A stretch of DNA of 63,776 nucleotides, the filler included, from Rhabdomonas costata (Eukaryota), in assembly GCA_019059605.1 (NCBI GenBank). It is 49 parts of 49 records of this genome, joined end to end, with 100 filler letters (N's around TTAATTAATTAA, not from the genome) between each part and the next. Parts side by side here need not be neighbours in the genome. Positions count along the whole stretch, not along the records: positions 62,574 to 63,776 come from JAHMHO010023755.1; 48 more parts are not named here. One strand, written 5' to 3'. A program made the translations under genes and the position numbers. Positions 62,948 to 63,776 of the stretch are shown one piece after another; position 1 is the stretch's first letter, and the number at the start of each line of letters is the position of its first letter. Under the pieces are notes generated by a model. It made no database searches. It saw nothing but the letters and a program-made list of their open reading frames with translations, and had not been told where the DNA came from.

Positions 62948-63768
62948 AAATCGTCTCGGAGAGTGGGGACAAGGAGCTGTGCCAGGAGTGCGCGCCAATC
63001 TTTGAGGAGATGAACCTCTACAACGACGCCGCCTCGCTCTACGAGAGGGCTGGGCTCTTCGACAAGGGCATGACAGATGTTTCCCTGGCACCATCCCTTT
63101 TAATCCTTGTCGATATATGTGCGATATATTTAGGCTGCCCCGAAATACCAGTTCGCAATAGTTTGGCAATGCTGGAATTGGGATGGGTCTGGGTCAGACA
63201 TCTGAAAGGTTTAGTGCAATCAACTGAAACTGTCCATGAGGTTTCCCCCCATATTGACAACGTTTTACGTTACCGGGAAGAGGTTTTCTCATTTTGCTGG
63301 CACGGACGCCATCGCTGTTCTGCGAATGCTCTGTTTCTTTTCGGGAGGTCTTCCAGCCGCACCCATCCAGCCTCGTCTGTTGGCTTGCGCTGAGTGACTT
63401 TCCACACGGCCCCTGGAACAGGAGCCAGACCGGAGGGGGCATTAACGTGAGCCAAACCACTTAGTTGTTTGGATCTTTGGTCTTTTTTAGTGGTATCGTC
63501 AGTTTAGAAGATCTCAAGAGGCTGATAAGTGGGATGAGGTTGCCTCCCAATCGCTTACACCCTTGTCGCTACACCAGAACAGCATCCATGGACATGATGG
63601 TGATGGAACATCACTGTGGGTGACCTGCTACTTTCTTCGTTGAATTTAGGCTAATGGTGCTATGTAATCAAGAGTTATGTCAGAAGTGTGTGTGGGGTTG
63701 CGTGTTAGCGGCGACGATCTACATTGTGGAGGCGAAGAACTTGCAGCAAGCCGCCCGGGTGCTGCCCC
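62948..63768 (+). CDS. WDR19: Intraflagellar transport IFT144/WDR19, exons 62948-63067 and 63709-~63768
   Basis: LCQECAPIFEEMNLYNDAASLYERAGLFDK + AATIYIVEAKNLQQAARVLP is collinear with the IFT144 segment C.AILE.MKQ..EAA.LYE....DKAA..YI..KN. Confidence 0.9.
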
Positions 63769-63776
63769 AACCACCC

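Overview
This is not contiguous genome. It is 49 unrelated contigs of about 1.2 kb joined by 48 artificial 100-bp spacers (N44-TTAATTAATTAA-N44), so no synteny can be read across spacers. The DNA comes from an intron-rich, flagellated eukaryote: short GC3-rich exons, mostly GT-AG introns, at least one GC-AG intron, and IFT144. A euglenozoan-like protist is a tentative inference. Contig ends carry G/T-only primer remnants and fold-back inversions typical of whole-genome amplification. Recognisable gene fragments: IMPDH (3 exons), PA2G4, TYW3, WDR19/IFT144, probable POLE1, an intron-containing histidine kinase, a soluble-adenylate-cyclase/STAND-type protein, an RBR E3 ligase, MORN, Kelch and ankyrin proteins, MFS, CHR, ABCG and NIPA transporters, an HD-type hydrolase, tRNA-Leu(AAG) and two decayed copies of one Ty3/gypsy family. 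I cannot support a new multi-gene system. The best leads are a pseudo-receiver plus ankyrin fusion, the divergent histidine kinase, a G/T-skewed hydrophobic frame that may be mitochondrial (nad2-like), and candidate trans-splice acceptors just upstream of four start codons. All family calls are by motif recognition; no database searches were run.
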